From: Armatimonadia bacterium
GTDB lineage: Bacteria; Armatimonadota; Zipacnadia; Zipacnadales; UBA11051
Assembly (NCBI GenBank): GCA_039683575.1
Contig: JBDKRC010000081.1
Span: 1 to 24,637, forward strand
Reading direction: 5' to 3'
Length of the DNA: 24,637 nucleotides
Of the stretch, positions 16,949 to 24,637 are shown one piece after another (within the stretch, counting starts at the first letter, position 1; every line of letters begins with the position of its first letter). A model generated the notes under the pieces. The model saw only the letters and a list, made by a program, of their open reading frames with translations. It did not search any database and was not told the origin of the DNA. Both the position numbers and the translations under genes were made by a program.

Positions 16949-18366
16949 CCACTCCGCAGTTCCCTCTGCAGCCCTTCCTTGCCGCTCCGACGGGCCGCAC
17001 GGTCACCGAACCCGCCCGCGAGATACCCGTCATCGCCGAGTGCGACGTGGCGGTGCTGGGCGGCGGAACCTCCGGCCTCTGCGCCGCAGTCGCCGCTGCC
17101 CGCCAGGGCGCCTCAGTGGTCCTGGTTGAGCACTACGGTTTCCTCGGCGGCATGGCGACCTCGTCGCTGGTCAACATCTGGCACAGCTTCTATGGCATGG
17201 ACCGCAAAACCAAGATCATCGGAGGAGTGCCTGACGACCTGATCAATGGCCTCAAGCGCTTCGAAGCGGTCTACAATGCGGACGCTGAAGGCGAGACCAT
17301 GCACTGGGTCCTCGACAGCGAAAAGTGCAAGTTCGTCTGCGACGATCTGGTCTTGGCCAGCGGCGTCAAGCTCATGCTGCACACCAGCCTCGCCGGGGTC
17401 CTGCGTGACGGGCGACGCCTCCAGGCCGCTCTCGTAGAGAGCAAATCCGGCCGCGGCGCCATCGTCGCCAACACCTACATAGACTGCACCGGAGACGCCG
17501 ACCTCGTCCGCTTCGCCGGAGTGCAGACCCAGGTAGGAAACGCCGTAGGCGGCTGCCAGGCCCCCTCTCTGTGCTTCCGCCTCACCGGCATGGACCTCGC
17601 CCAGACGGGCTTTGAGAAGGTCCAGGCGGAACTCTTCAAGACCCCGATGGACTACAACAACAGCCACTACCCGCCGCTCCTGTGGGCCTCGCGCTGGCCG
17701 GGGCAGGAGAATGAGTGGATGGCCGCCGGGGTAAGGGTCCTGGATGTAAACTCCGCCAACGCGGATGACCTGACACGGGCGGAAATCGAGGGGCGGTATC
17801 AGCTACGGTGGTTCCTCGATCAGGCGCGCAAGTTGCCGGGGTGGCAGGATGTGCGGCTGATCGCCATGGGCACCCAGATTGGCCCCAGAGAGAGCCACCG
17901 CATCATTGCCGACCACGAACTGACTCGCGAGGAGGTGCTCTACGGGCACCGATTCCCGGATGCCATCGCCCAGGGAACGTACCCCATAGACATCCACAAC
18001 CCCTCCGGGCCGGGGATAGTGTTTGAGGATCTGGATGGGACGCGGCGGGAGGTAAAGGGCGACAGAACGACGCTGGTGGGCCGCTGGGACGGTTTGGGGG
18101 CAAATGAGCCAAAGCGGGACACGCTCTGCTACCAGGTGCCGCTGGGGTGCCTGGTGCCGCGGGAACTCGACAACGTCATGGCCGCGGGACGGAACATCGG
18201 GGCCAGCCACGAGAGCGCGGGGGCCATCCGCGTAATGGTCAATTGCATGCAGGCGGGACAGGCGGCAGGGGTGGCGGCGGCGTTGGCGGGGAAGAGGGGA
18301 GTGCGGGAGGCGGAGGCAGATCAGGTGAGGTCGAGATTGGTTGAAATGGGCATGCCTTTACTGTAG
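16945..18366 (+). CDS. FAD-dependent oxidoreductase (FAD_oxidored family)
   Basis: The ATG at 16945 overlaps the larC stop (ATGA). DVAVLGGG.SG..AAVAAAR.G, YIDCTGDAD, G.RESHRI, YPIDIH, AAGRNI, GQAAG. Confidence 0.92.
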   Translation: MTTPQFPLQPFLAAPTGRTVTEPAREIPVIAECDVAVLGGGTSGLCAAVAAARQGASVVLVEHYGFLGGMATSSLVNIWHSFYGMDRKTKIIGGVPDDLINGLKRFEAVYNADAEGETMHWVLDSEKCKFVCDDLVLASGVKLMLHTSLAGVLRDGRRLQAALVESKSGRGAIVANTYIDCTGDADLVRFAGVQTQVGNAVGGCQAPSLCFRLTGMDLAQTGFEKVQAELFKTPMDYNNSHYPPLLWASRWPGQENEWMAAGVRVLDVNSANADDLTRAEIEGRYQLRWFLDQARKLPGWQDVRLIAMGTQIGPRESHRIIADHELTREEVLYGHRFPDAIAQGTYPIDIHNPSGPGIVFEDLDGTRREVKGDRTTLVGRWDGLGANEPKRDTLCYQVPLGCLVPRELDNVMAAGRNIGASHESAGAIRVMVNCMQAGQAAGVAAALAGKRGVREAEADQVRSRLVEMGMPLL

Positions 18367-18372
18367 CAGAAC

Positions 18373-18400
18373 GGCCCCTAAAGTGATCATTTAGGGGGCC
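18373..18400. terminator. Near-perfect palindrome between convergent genes (terminator or protein-binding site)
   Basis: GGCCCCTAAA-G-TGATCA-TTTAGGGGGCC, with no adjacent T-tract. Confidence 0.45.
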
Positions 18401-18504
18401 TAACGCTGCAGAAAAAGTTAACCGATTGTGCGATTTGGGCCTGTTTTCGCTCGTTTTACCATAATGCGAAGACGTGGCCCATTTTGCTTTGGGGGTTCAG
18501 CCTG

Positions 18505-18894
18505 CTAGTCGAGTATTGCGATCGCCTCGATCTCGATCATCCAACTCGGGTTTACCAGAGCAGTGATGGCAGCGGCGGTGGCGGTGGGGAAGTCTGGCTG
18601 CAGGTATTCTTGTCGAACTTCGTTGAAGATCGGGAAGTTCTCCATGTTCGTCAGCAGCACGGTTAGCTTCGCGACATTGTTCCAACTCGCCCCGGCGGCC
18701 TCGAGATTGGCCTGCAGGTTCCTGAAAACCTGATGGGCCTGCGCCCGAAAGTCCCCCTCACCCACCAGCTTGCCATCCCCATCCACAGGCGCCTGACCCG
18801 AGATGAAGAGCAGCTTGCTGCCCTGGGCCAACATGGCCTGGCTGTAGGCGGTCTTGGGGGCCGGAACGTCGGGGGACTGGATGGTCTTCAGCAT
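18505..18894 (-). CDS. RidA/YjgF/UK114-superfamily protein
   Basis: YSQA, LFISGQ, Q..QVF.NL...LEAAG, V.K..V.L, FNEVR.EY, IEIEAIA. Confidence 0.92.
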   Translation of the reverse strand: MLKTIQSPDVPAPKTAYSQAMLAQGSKLLFISGQAPVDGDGKLVGEGDFRAQAHQVFRNLQANLEAAGASWNNVAKLTVLLTNMENFPIFNEVRQEYLQPDFPTATAAAITALVNPSWMIEIEAIAILD

Positions 18895-19015
18895 GACGCA
18901 TTCCTGATGGAAGGGGTCGAAGGCACAGCCTTATCGTGCCTCCGGCCCGCAGTGGGGTCCGGGTGGGCCGGATACCGGCGGTGAGGCTACCGGTATTCGG
19001 CCCCTCCAGGGGGCG

Positions 19016-20428
19016 CTATTGGGCAACAGGGGCTAGGAATACTGCGATCTTGCGGTCGGTGGCGGCCATGCCGGCTGCCAGTTCGGCCGCGCGGTTGAGC
19101 TTGTCCTGCCAGCCAGCCGGAGCGGTCTCTGCGGCGTCAAGCAGGGGCCAACTGGCCAGCAGCGTGGCCTGCATCTGGTACTGGGCGGCAGCGTCGGTGA
19201 GAGGCAGGCTCAGGGCCGGGGGCAGGGAGGCTGCTGCCTGGGCCAGGTACTCGGCGGCGAGGGTGGTGGAGCCGAGGACACACTGGCGGGGGAAGTCCTG
19301 CCAGGCCGCGAGGCGGCGGGCGGCTTCCCAATCGCCGGTCTGCGCGGCAGCATTGAGGTCGGCGGCGAGCTTCAGCCAGCCAGCCTCCCCGGGCACCAGC
19401 GGCCCGTAGGTGCGCTTGTCGGTGATCATTGCCACCGCCTGGCGGGTCACAACCTTCACCTGATCCTCAAGCGGAGGAAGCTCGGTTTTGGGCGTGATGG
19501 TCAGCAGCGGCTTCTTGCCCGTTGCGGCCCCGGCGACAGGCTGCAGCAGGTCCACAGGGTCGCTCCAGGCGGTTGCAAGCTCGTCCCGGCGCATGATGAG
19601 CGTCCCAAACAGCGGCGCGGTGAGCGTGAAGTAGGTGTGCTTGTCAGTAGGCTGGCGGCCGGACAGGAGCACCCAGACGGGACCGGAGAGAAGCGCACGC
19701 TGCTCAGGAGCCGTCAGGCGCAGGGCCAGCATGTGAACGCCCTTGGCTGCTTCCTTGTCATCGATCAGGTAGTGCTCGGCGGTGTAGTCGGTGCGCAGCT
19801 TGGCCTCAAGTCCGAGGACGGCGGGGGCTGTCATCAGCGGGCCATAGCAAAAAGGGGTGCCGGGCCAGAAGGCGGGGTCCTGGGTGTTGTAGACGAAAGT
19901 GAAGGCGTCGCCACTGAAAGCCGCGACCTGGGCCCGAGTGAACTGGGTACCGGTGGCCTGCTGGAGTGCAAGCCGGAGGGCAGTGAGGTGCGGGGCGCCG
20001 GTGGCGGTGAGAAGCGGGGCTTCGAAACGGGTGCCGTCCAGACGGGCGGCGGCGAGGCTCGCACCGTCGAGGTTGATATTCTGCAAAATGGCGCCGCTGA
20101 GGTCCACGTCGGCGAGATTGGCTTCAGTCAGATTGACTGAGGACAGCACAGCGCCGCGGAGGGTGCTCTGGAAGAGGTTGGCACCGGTCAGGTTGACGCC
20201 CGCGAGGGAGGACCCGCGCAGGTCACTCTTCTGAAGGTTCGTACCGCTGAGGTCGGCATTGCGGAGAGCGAGGCCGGGGGCCTGCAGACCTGCGAAATCG
20301 GCACCTCGCGCCTTACCGGCATCCAAGGCGGCGGTCAAGTCAGAGGCGGTAGGAGCGGCGAAGACAGCGGTGGCGAAAAGCACGGCAACGGCGGGGAGCA
20401 GGAAGCAGAGGGGACGACGAGCGGCCAT
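19016..20428 (-). CDS. Secreted pentapeptide-repeat protein with an unknown C-terminal domain
   Basis: The start at 20428 (MAARRPL) follows GGAGG. Signal peptide, then a run of A(D/N)LxG-type repeats (ADLSG TNLQK SDLRG ... VNLTG ANLFQ), then about 320 unassigned residues. Confidence 0.85.
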   Translation of the reverse strand: MAARRPLCFLLPAVAVLFATAVFAAPTASDLTAALDAGKARGADFAGLQAPGLALRNADLSGTNLQKSDLRGSSLAGVNLTGANLFQSTLRGAVLSSVNLTEANLADVDLSGAILQNINLDGASLAAARLDGTRFEAPLLTATGAPHLTALRLALQQATGTQFTRAQVAAFSGDAFTFVYNTQDPAFWPGTPFCYGPLMTAPAVLGLEAKLRTDYTAEHYLIDDKEAAKGVHMLALRLTAPEQRALLSGPVWVLLSGRQPTDKHTYFTLTAPLFGTLIMRRDELATAWSDPVDLLQPVAGAATGKKPLLTITPKTELPPLEDQVKVVTRQAVAMITDKRTYGPLVPGEAGWLKLAADLNAAAQTGDWEAARRLAAWQDFPRQCVLGSTTLAAEYLAQAAASLPPALSLPLTDAAAQYQMQATLLASWPLLDAAETAPAGWQDKLNRAAELAAGMAATDRKIAVFLAPVAQ

Positions 20429-20531
20429 GGGAAGCCTCCCTGGGGGGCGGTGGTGGAGTGCTACGGGCTTCGAGGGCATTCTACGGGCGGGGGGAGGGGA
20501 AGTCAAGGGAGGAGAAAGGCGGGACGAGGGA

Positions 20532-20563
20532 GGCGGGAACGCGGGAACTGGTACGGCGGGAAC
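20532..20563 (+). repeat. 32-bp direct repeat, copy 1 (GGGAAC family)
   Basis: GGCGGGAACGCGGGAACTGGTACGGCGGGAAC, identical to 21460-21491. Confidence 0.9.
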
Positions 20564-20614
20564 TAACGGCAGGGGCGGCCACATGGGCCGCCCCTGCGGA
20601 TATCGCTCTGAAGG

Positions 20615-21340
20615 TTAGTGGTACTGGAACATGTACCAGTCGCCTACGCCTGCGCCGGGATTGCTGATCGGGCAGCGCGCTACGCCCTGCTTGAGCCACT
20701 TGGCATGGCCGTCGGCGAAGGTGCAGTTGGCGCCGTCGTTGTGGCGGCTGTCCACTACGTAGTAGGCATTGTTGTACTTGGTGGCCGTCGCCACGTCTGG
20801 CTGGTTGGTGTTGTCGGTTCGCTTCCAGTACTCGCGTTCACACACGTAGTTGGTCGAGTCGCAGACTATGATGGTAGCGGCTGGCTCCGTCAGGCCATCG
20901 AGGGACTGCCCAAATCCGGCAGAATCGGTATTACCGTAGGGTGCCCACTCTGCAGCGATATAGCCGAGACCGCCGGCATAGCCCAGTACCTCGCGGACAG
21001 CGCCGTAGCCTGCGGTGCCGCCGCTGTAGTTCCAACTGACACTGGGACACCTGAAGATCTGCGTGTTTTTGATATAAGGGGTGAGAGTGACGGGCCAGGG
21101 AATGGCCAGATTGGCGGCGACAACATCGCGCATCATCAAAGTGTCACACAGCATCCCATCATAGTCCTGAGCGTAGGCCATGAAGGCCAGTCCCATCTGC
21201 TTCTGATTCGACAGACAACTGGCCTGGCGCGCCTTCTCCCGGGCCTTGGCGAAAACGGGGAACAGTATCGCCGCAAGGATCGCGATGATGGCAATAACCA
21301 CGAGCAATTCAATCAGCGTGAAGCCAGACTTCTTCGACAT
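20615..21340 (-). CDS. Prepilin-type N-terminal cleavage/methylation protein with DUF1559 and an H-X9-DG motif
   Basis: [80 protein letters not shown]. Confidence 0.95.
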   Translation of the reverse strand: MSKKSGFTLIELLVVIAIIAILAAILFPVFAKAREKARQASCLSNQKQMGLAFMAYAQDYDGMLCDTLMMRDVVAANLAIPWPVTLTPYIKNTQIFRCPSVSWNYSGGTAGYGAVREVLGYAGGLGYIAAEWAPYGNTDSAGFGQSLDGLTEPAATIIVCDSTNYVCEREYWKRTDNTNQPDVATATKYNNAYYVVDSRHNDGANCTFADGHAKWLKQGVARCPISNPGAGVGDWYMFQYH

Positions 21341-21437
21341 GGTGGGTCATCCTCCCTGGACTGTAATTGCCAGACGACGGACACGTATTGGGAGGTTGTT
21401 CGTCGTTCGACCACAATGTTCCTCTCTGCGCCAGAGG

Positions 21438-21492
21438 GAGAAACGGCGGGAACGGGTACGGCGGGAACGCGGGAACTGGTACGGCGGGAACG
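21438..21492 (+). repeat. GGGAAC-family repeat containing copy 2 of the 32-bp direct repeat
   Basis: 21460-21491 equals 20532-20563. 21438-21454 is the exact reverse complement of 9406-9422. Confidence 0.9.
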
Positions 21493-21656
21493 GAGGGCGA
21501 GACGGTGGCGGGAAGGTAGGTGGTCAAAATGGGGACGGAGCCTTCGCGCGATGACTGGTTTGGTGGATACCGCGAAAGCTGGCGGCGCGCGAAGGCTCCG
21601 TCCCCGATTTTGGGCGATGGGGATCGAAGGCCGGCCGCTGGAAGAGTCTGGCGTTC

Positions 21657-21685
21657 TTGACGGTGGGGCGCGGGCAGTCTATACT
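21657..21685 (+). promoter_or_regulatory. Sigma70/SigA-type promoter of the valS leader
   Basis: TTGACG, 17-bp spacer, TATACT, about 20 bp before the T-box stem I. Confidence 0.85.
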
Positions 21686-21705
21686 GCTTGTAACATGAAT
21701 ATCTG

Positions 21706-21950
21706 GCTGTGACGGGGAAGAGTAGGCGGTCCGGGTTACTTTGAGAGAGCCGGTGGTAAGGTGCGAGTGCCGGCAGTTGACCCCCCGCTGAACGTCGCCC
21801 CTGAGCCGCGTGGGTGAAGCCGGAAGGTTAGCCCGCGCCGGGTGCGCCCGATATCGCGCGTCGAGCGTCGCGTCCCATGGGCGCGGAACGTGGGTGGTAC
21901 CGCGGGAAGCTACGGCCTCTCGTCCCATTGCAGGGATGAGAGGTTTTTTT
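21706..21950 (+). ncRNA. T-box riboswitch (Val; specifier GUC)
   Basis: GCTGTGA..TGAGC base of stem I, AGTA, AGAGA and GGTGCGA motifs, GAAC-GTC specifier (21794-21796), T-box GGGTGGTACCGCG and a terminator, all upstream of valS. Confidence 0.93.
21916..21950 (+). terminator. T-box attenuator terminator
   Basis: CCTCTCGTCCC-ATTGCA-GGGATGAGAGG-TTTTTTT. Confidence 0.9.
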
Positions 21951-21972
21951 GTTTTGGAATGGGGAGGCGAGA

Positions 21973-22123
21973 GGTGGTCGTAGAGGTCGCGCTCTGGGGA
22001 GCGCTCCTACCGGGACGCGCAGGTGGGTCGCGATCAGTGATCGCTCGTACAGAGGGTATTGAGGGGGAAGGCGGCGCGGGCGAGGGTTGGTCGTAGAGGT
22101 CGCGCTCAGGGGAGCGCTCCTAC
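21973..22123 (-). repeat. Three REP-like hairpins in the valS leader
   Basis: On the - strand: GTAGGAGCGCTCCCCTGAGCGCGACCTCTACGACCAACC, GTACGAGCGATCACTGATCGCGA and GTAGGAGCGCTCCCCAGAGCGCGACCTCTACGACCACC. Confidence 0.85.
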
Positions 22124-22172
22124 CGGGAGATGAGGGGAAGGCATAGGATTAAGGTCTGACTGGAGTTGAAAT

Positions 22173-24637
22173 ATGGCTACTGACATGCCAGGCGGAAGCG
22201 GAATGGCCAAAGGTTATGAGCCCCAGCAGGTGGAGGGGCGGATATATCAGTACTGGCTGGATGACAACGTGTTTGATGCTGAAGTGAATCCTCACAAGGA
22301 GTCCTTCTGCATCGTCATCCCGCCGCCTAATGTGACCGGCATCCTGCACATGGGTCATGCGCTTGATAATGCCATTCAGGACCTCCTGACGCGGTGGAAG
22401 CGGATGAGCGGGTACTCGGCGCTGTGGCTGCCGGGGACTGACCATGCCGGGATTGCGACGCAGAATGTGGCGGAGAAGGAACTCGCCAAGCAGGGCGTCA
22501 CGCGGCATGACCTGGGGCGCGAGGAGTTCGTCAAGCGCGTGTGGGAGCTCAAAGAGCGGCACCATTCGCATATCGTCGAGCAGCTCAAGCGGCTGGGCGG
22601 GTCGCTGGACTGGCGGCGCGAGCGGTTTACGCTTGATGAGGTGTGCGCGAAGGCAGTGCGCGAGGCGTTTGTGACGCTCTATGAGAAGGGTCTGATCTAT
22701 CGCGGCGCATATATGATCAACTGGTGCCCGCGGTGTGAGACGGGGCTGTCGGACCTGGAAGTCGAGCATGAGGAACACGAGGGGAATTTGTGGTACATCC
22801 ACTACCCGCAGTCTGACGGGAGTCATGGCGTGGTCGTGGCGACGACGCGGCCGGAGACGATGCTGGGCGATACGGGCGTGGCGGTGAACCCGAATGATGA
22901 GCGGTATGCGAGCCTCGTGGGCAAGACCGTGCGGCTGCCCTTGATGGATCGGGATATTCCGGTGGTGGCCGATGACCATGTGGACGTGGAGTTCGGGACC
23001 GGCGCGGTGAAAGTGACGCCGGCACATGACCCGAACGACCTCGAGATCGCGCAGCGGCATAATCTGCCGAGCATCGTGGTCATCGACAAGAACGGGAAGA
23101 TGACCGCGGAGACCGGGAGCTATGCGGGGATGGACCGGTATGAGTGTCGCAAGCAGGTGGTGTCGGACCTGGAAGAGCTGGGGCTGCTGGAGAAGATCGA
23201 CAGCCACACGCACTCGGTCGGGCACTGCCAGCGCTGCCGCACGGTGGTAGAGCCGCTGGTGAGCGAGCAGTGGTTCCTGAAGATGGAGCCGCTGGCGGCG
23301 AAGGGGCTCGCGGCGGTGCAATCGGGCGAAGTGCGGTTCGTGCCGGAGCGGTGGTCGAAGGTGTACACGGACTGGCTGGAAAACATCCGCGACTGGCCGA
23401 TCTCGCGGCAGCTATGGTGGGGCCACGCGATCCCGGTGTGGTACTGCGAAGGGTGCGGGCAGCAGATTTGCACGCGTGAGGACCCGACGAAGTGCCCGGC
23501 GTGCGGTGGCTCGGAGCTGCGGCGTGACCCGGATGTGCTGGACACGTGGTTCTCGTCGGCGCTGTGGCCGTTCAGTACGCTGGGCTGGCCGGAACGGACG
23601 CCGGAGCTTGAGTACTTCTACCCGACGTCGGTGCTGGTGACCGGGTATGACATCATCTTCTTCTGGGTGGCGCGGATGATCATGATGGGGCTGGAACTGG
23701 AGGGCGAGAAGCCCTTCAGCGAGGTGTTCATCCATGGTCTGGTGCGGGATGAGAAGGGCCGCAAGATCAGCAAGTCGCTGGGCAACAACATCGACCCCAT
23801 CGAACTCATCGAGAACTACGGGGCCGATGCGCTGCGGTTTGCGCTGATCCAGCTCATCACCCACGGGCAGGACCTGACCTATAGCGAAGACCGGATGGTC
23901 GGCGCGCGGAATTTCTGCAACAAGCTATGGAACGCGTCGCGGTTTGTGCTGATGAACCAGGACGAGATGAAGGCGCCGTGTCCGTTTGGGACCGAGGCGG
24001 ACTGCAAGCTGAGCCTGGCCGACGAGTGGATTCTGTCGCGGCAGGCGGCGGTGCTCGAGGAAGTGGACGGGCACCTGCAGCGCTATGACCTGGCGCAGGC
24101 GGCGGAGGCGCTGTACCAGTACACGTGGACGGAGTTCTGCGACTGGTATGTGGAGCTGAGCAAGCCGCGGCTTTACGGGGACAATATCAACGTGGTGGAG
24201 CAGCAGCAGTGGCTCTTGCTGCGGCTTTTGAGCAACATCCTGCGGGCGCTGCACCCGTTCATGCCGTTTGTGACCGAGGAGATCTGGCAGCTTGCCGAGC
24301 CGGGGAAGGGCAGCATCGCGCTGGCGGATTACCCGCTGGGCAACCCGGCGCACCGCAACCCGAAGGCCGAGGCGGGCATGGCGATGGTGATGGACATCAC
24401 CAACCAGATCCGGTCGTGGCGGTCGCAGTTGGCGCTGCAGCCCCACCAGAAGATCAAGGTGCGGCTGGTGGCGAGCGAGGAGAAGCAGGCGGTGCTGCAG
24501 CAGGTCGAGCACGGGATGAAGGCCCTGGCGAGGCTGGAGGCAGTTGAGTATGCGGAGGCGGCGGGCGAGGAGAAGGCGCTGACGGCGATGGTGCAGGGCG
24601 TGCAGGTGGTACTGCCGCTGGCCGGGGCGATCGAAGA
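22173..24637 (+). CDS. valS: Valine--tRNA ligase (3' end outside the window; absent from the ORF track)
   Basis: Manual translation gives MATDMPGGSGMAKGYEP.., PPPNVTGILHMGHA (HIGH), PGTDHAGIATQ, ATTRPETMLGD, GTGAVKVTPAHDPND, ISRQLWWGH, DVLDTWFSSALWPF, KISKSLGN. GGAG RBS at 22162, with a Val T-box upstream. Confidence 0.97.
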   Translation, partial: MATDMPGGSGMAKGYEPQQVEGRIYQYWLDDNVFDAEVNPHKESFCIVIPPPNVTGILHMGHALDNAIQDLLTRWKRMSGYSALWLPGTDHAGIATQNVAEKELAKQGVTRHDLGREEFVKRVWELKERHHSHIVEQLKRLGGSLDWRRERFTLDEVCAKAVREAFVTLYEKGLIYRGAYMINWCPRCETGLSDLEVEHEEHEGNLWYIHYPQSDGSHGVVVATTRPETMLGDTGVAVNPNDERYASLVGKTVRLPLMDRDIPVVADDHVDVEFGTGAVKVTPAHDPNDLEIAQRHNLPSIVVIDKNGKMTAETGSYAGMDRYECRKQVVSDLEELGLLEKIDSHTHSVGHCQRCRTVVEPLVSEQWFLKMEPLAAKGLAAVQSGEVRFVPERWSKVYTDWLENIRDWPISRQLWWGHAIPVWYCEGCGQQICTREDPTKCPACGGSELRRDPDVLDTWFSSALWPFSTLGWPERTPELEYFYPTSVLVTGYDIIFFWVARMIMMGLELEGEKPFSEVFIHGLVRDEKGRKISKSLGNNIDPIELIENYGADALRFALIQLITHGQDLTYSEDRMVGARNFCNKLWNASRFVLMNQDEMKAPCPFGTEADCKLSLADEWILSRQAAVLEEVDGHLQRYDLAQAAEALYQYTWTEFCDWYVELSKPRLYGDNINVVEQQQWLLLRLLSNILRALHPFMPFVTEEIWQLAEPGKGSIALADYPLGNPAHRNPKAEAGMAMVMDITNQIRSWRSQLALQPHQKIKVRLVASEEKQAVLQQVEHGMKALARLEAVEYAEAAGEEKALTAMVQGVQVVLPLAGAIE

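Noticed and set aside
18367-18504. Canonical oriC
   Set aside because: No TTATCCACA-like DnaA box cluster and no dnaA, dnaN or gidA neighbours.
20429-20584. Pro-rich extension of the pentapeptide protein
   Set aside because: It translates the GGGAAC repeat and a G-rich spacer. The RBS and signal peptide point to a start at 20428.
22149-24512. - strand ORFs of 390, 150 and 195 aa
   Set aside because: They are antisense shadows of valS, which the ORF track missed because its stop lies outside the window.

Overview
High-GC bacterial chromosome segment, probably Armatimonadota. This assignment is an inference from the [32 protein letters not shown] prepilin/DUF1559 gene, a likely outer-membrane protein, and a Firmicute-style T-box and SigH. 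Housekeeping genes are mutM, hsp20, a cvpA-like gene, a DUF4342-like gene, sigH, glyQ, glyS, nfo, larC, a Rid-family gene and a T-box-regulated valS that is cut by the window end. Accessory genes encode a beta-helix putative glycoside hydrolase, a 725-aa putative beta-barrel, two FAD oxidoreductases, a secreted pentapeptide-repeat protein and a prepilin-like protein. No transposase, integrase, CRISPR array, rRNA or tRNA gene was seen. The most unusual signal is non-coding. Intergenic spaces carry several GTAG-tagged REP-like hairpin families with compensatory stem changes and a shared 3' tail (TCACCGACCAACC). They also carry a 13-unit tandem array with a stepwise sequence gradient, a 70-bp duplication of the glyQ 3' end, a nested REP, heptamer arrays on both sides of glyS, and identical 32-bp direct repeats around the prepilin gene. 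The + strand switches from C-rich to G-rich at about 17.7-18.9 kb, independent of gene direction.
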